Source: Eledone cirrhosa
Taxonomy: Eukaryota
Direction of reading: 5' to 3'
Assembly (NCBI GenBank): GCA_964016885.1
Contig: OZ024746.1
Span: 50,778,001-50,842,000, forward strand
Length of the DNA stretch: 64,000 nucleotides
The translations under genes were made by a program, and so were the position numbers. The first letter of the stretch is position 1. Every line of letters starts with the position of its first letter. Shown piece by piece: positions 63,101 to 64,000 of this stretch. A model generated the notes under the pieces. That model was not told where the DNA came from. It did not search any database and was given only the letters and a program-made list of their open reading frames with translations.

Positions 63101-64000
63101 CTATTTCCACCAACAGCAGCAGCCTCAGCTTCATGGTTGTTTCTATGTCTCTCATAATTACTCCTGTCTCTTTCCACTGGCTCAATGTTGTTATCTACCC
63201 TATTTTGTGTGTCTGTGTGTTCGTCTTGGTTATTCTCTTTGTCCTTAGTCTCCCATCTCCTTTTCCTTTTCCTTTTAATCCTATTACTTTCTCTTATTTC
63301 TCTGATTTCTGTGCTACTGTCATTACTTGTTTTCTGTGTCTGTGTGTTTGTTAAGATTGTGGTGAGAGGCATTGAATGCGTGTGTGTTGTTGTTGTTGAT
63401 GTGTGTTGTTGTTGATGTGTGTTGTTGTTGTCTCCGTGTGTGTGTGTGTTATCGTTGTTGTGTGTGTTGTTATTGTTGTTTGTGTTTGCGTGTCTGTTGT
63501 TGTTGTATCTGGGTATGTTGCTATTGTTGTTGTTGTTGATGTGTGTGTTGTTGTTATTATTGTCTCCGTGTGTGTTGTTATTGTTGTTTGTGTCTGCGTG
63601 TCTGTTGTATCTGGGTATGTTGCTATTGTTGTTGTTGTATCTGGGTATGTTGCTATTGTTGTTGTTATTGTTGTTTGTGTCTGTGTGTCTGTTGTTGTTG
63701 GGATGTGTGTTGTATATGTGTGTGCGTATATTGTTGCTTTTGTTTTTGTTTTTGATGCTCCAGCGTAGTTTCCTAAATGAACACAAACACACACAGACAC
63801 CCGGATGTGGCGCATGCACAAACTGAGCACGCAACCCACACACAAACAAAATGGCGTAGGATAGAAGAAAGGAAAGACACAGAAACGAAGAACGAAATCC
63901 CCAGTCACTGAAGAGGTCACAGAGTGTGTGACGAAAGAACTATGACTATATATATATAAACAACTATCTGGTTGTGGAACCAACCAACCAACCAGAAATT
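60105..64000 (-). mobile_element. Young Nematis-like PLE with inverted terminal arm from 63775 running off the window
   Basis: 63775-64000 is the reverse complement of 60269-60494; hammerheads at 60322-60366 (-) and 63903-63947 (+). Confidence 0.93.
60664..63774 (-). CDS. Uninterrupted PLE reverse transcriptase plus GIY-YIG endonuclease frame; native start uncertain (first ATG about 63372)
   Basis: DKSG, LYGLRKDHK, RPV, GSMDVVSLYPSI, QEEGAAIG, YSRYVDD, LPVLD, CxxC linker, VVY..YIGETAR, RQITEA, LN; the track start at 63849 lies in the inverted arm. Confidence 0.9.
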   Translation of the reverse strand, partial: RKLRWSIKNKNKSNNIRTHIYNTHPNNNRHTDTNNNNNNNSNIPRYNNNNSNIPRYNRHADTNNNNNTHGDNNNNNTHINNNNNSNIPRYNNNRHANTNNNNNTHNNDNTHTHGDNNNTHQQQHTSTTTTHTHSMPLTTILTNTQTQKTSNDSSTEIREIRESNRIKRKRKRRWETKDKENNQDEHTDTQNRVDNNIEPVERDRSNYERHRNNHEAEAAAVGGNRNNTTNNNNSTSTHKAAAWNSPFYNPSDKSFDLRRVHATTLPFNKRTQLPSQVDEQTEAQFSIAKSELRNIIEQYSKKHNRIEAQQLGEESANGLRKLMQRSRNGEIACFPTDKSGRMSVDSLPNYIQAMQPHITNTREVTPQEHEDREKTLNAHMVMWTNIMQPNKRTANNFQAWNNDVPALYGLRKDHKTGWDPVAGPPTRPVCGANIASNYRLSYFLSLIIRPIIEMSPDVCDSTEDLLSRIGAGNRSGDLTNCIIGSMDVVSLYPSIDVDFAVEKCVEMISESKVEFRGIDTSELGLLLKLTHSNSYLDTYDLSNLCPTRPARGRPPTITSMAKKTHTDRWNGWTRAIRTPENHDELKKMIAHAVGASIKLTLKEHMFKFSGKTYAQEEGAAIGVSIAGDIANLFMVWWDSRLKQKLNEQLEDSLTLIMYSRYVDDINIVVKTPPLKNSQELEKNTMESIQQIANSIHQSIRVTIDYPSRHPNHRLPVLDTELWLDTINNQKQILHSHYAKPMTSKHLIHRNSAVSDHTKINILIADLVRVMRNVSRMCNPEELERHIQHFIHRMQFSGYNQRDRIRVYKGARTKWEKMVNNDINGTCPLYRSKFWNRIERTKNKANRINSWYDSNKYQSVMFINTTPRGELAYKFRRALKKHNLNIKIVERPGTSVKTLISKTYPFQRPSCIDKKCITCKISPHINCKTRNVVYSIRCTEGQCRNKNVVYIGETARSIGERINEHWRDLQDSKESSVLYQHAKIEHRGKLESIEIKIESTHKKDAMFRQITEAVSIKELKPKLNRKYEWNSNITTYN

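Noticed and set aside
63775-63849. N-terminal 25 residues of the 1061-aa ORF
   Set aside because: They come from the inverted 3' UTR arm, not from the native coding sequence.

Overview
Eukaryotic, gene-free, repeat-saturated DNA; the tRNA-derived SINEs resemble octopus families (inference from recalled consensus, not a search). More than half of the window is (TA)n-type microsatellite, including about 26 kb of (TA)nTG between 10.9 and 40.4 kb, and there is a 200-N gap at 40534-40733. No host protein-coding gene is supported; the very long IY/YI ORFs are microsatellite artefacts. Almost every non-satellite island is a retroelement inserted in (TA)n. These include Penelope-like elements (PLEs) of two lineages (three Nematis-like copies, one with an uninterrupted RT+GIY-YIG frame at 60664-63774, and three Hydra-clade-like copies), two copies of one CR1/L2-group LINE plus a 3' fragment of another, and RTE LINE pieces. 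The most notable signal is a set of about ten different families of minimal hammerhead-ribozyme motifs. Most sit in small non-coding fold-back (palindromic) cassettes with a shared architecture: inverted arm, fixed AT-rich boundary, one-sided tail. They carry family-specific palindromic stem III sequences and non-canonical cores (U3-A8, U4C, an extra nucleotide after A9, a ~105-nt stem II). All folds were read by eye and activity is untested.
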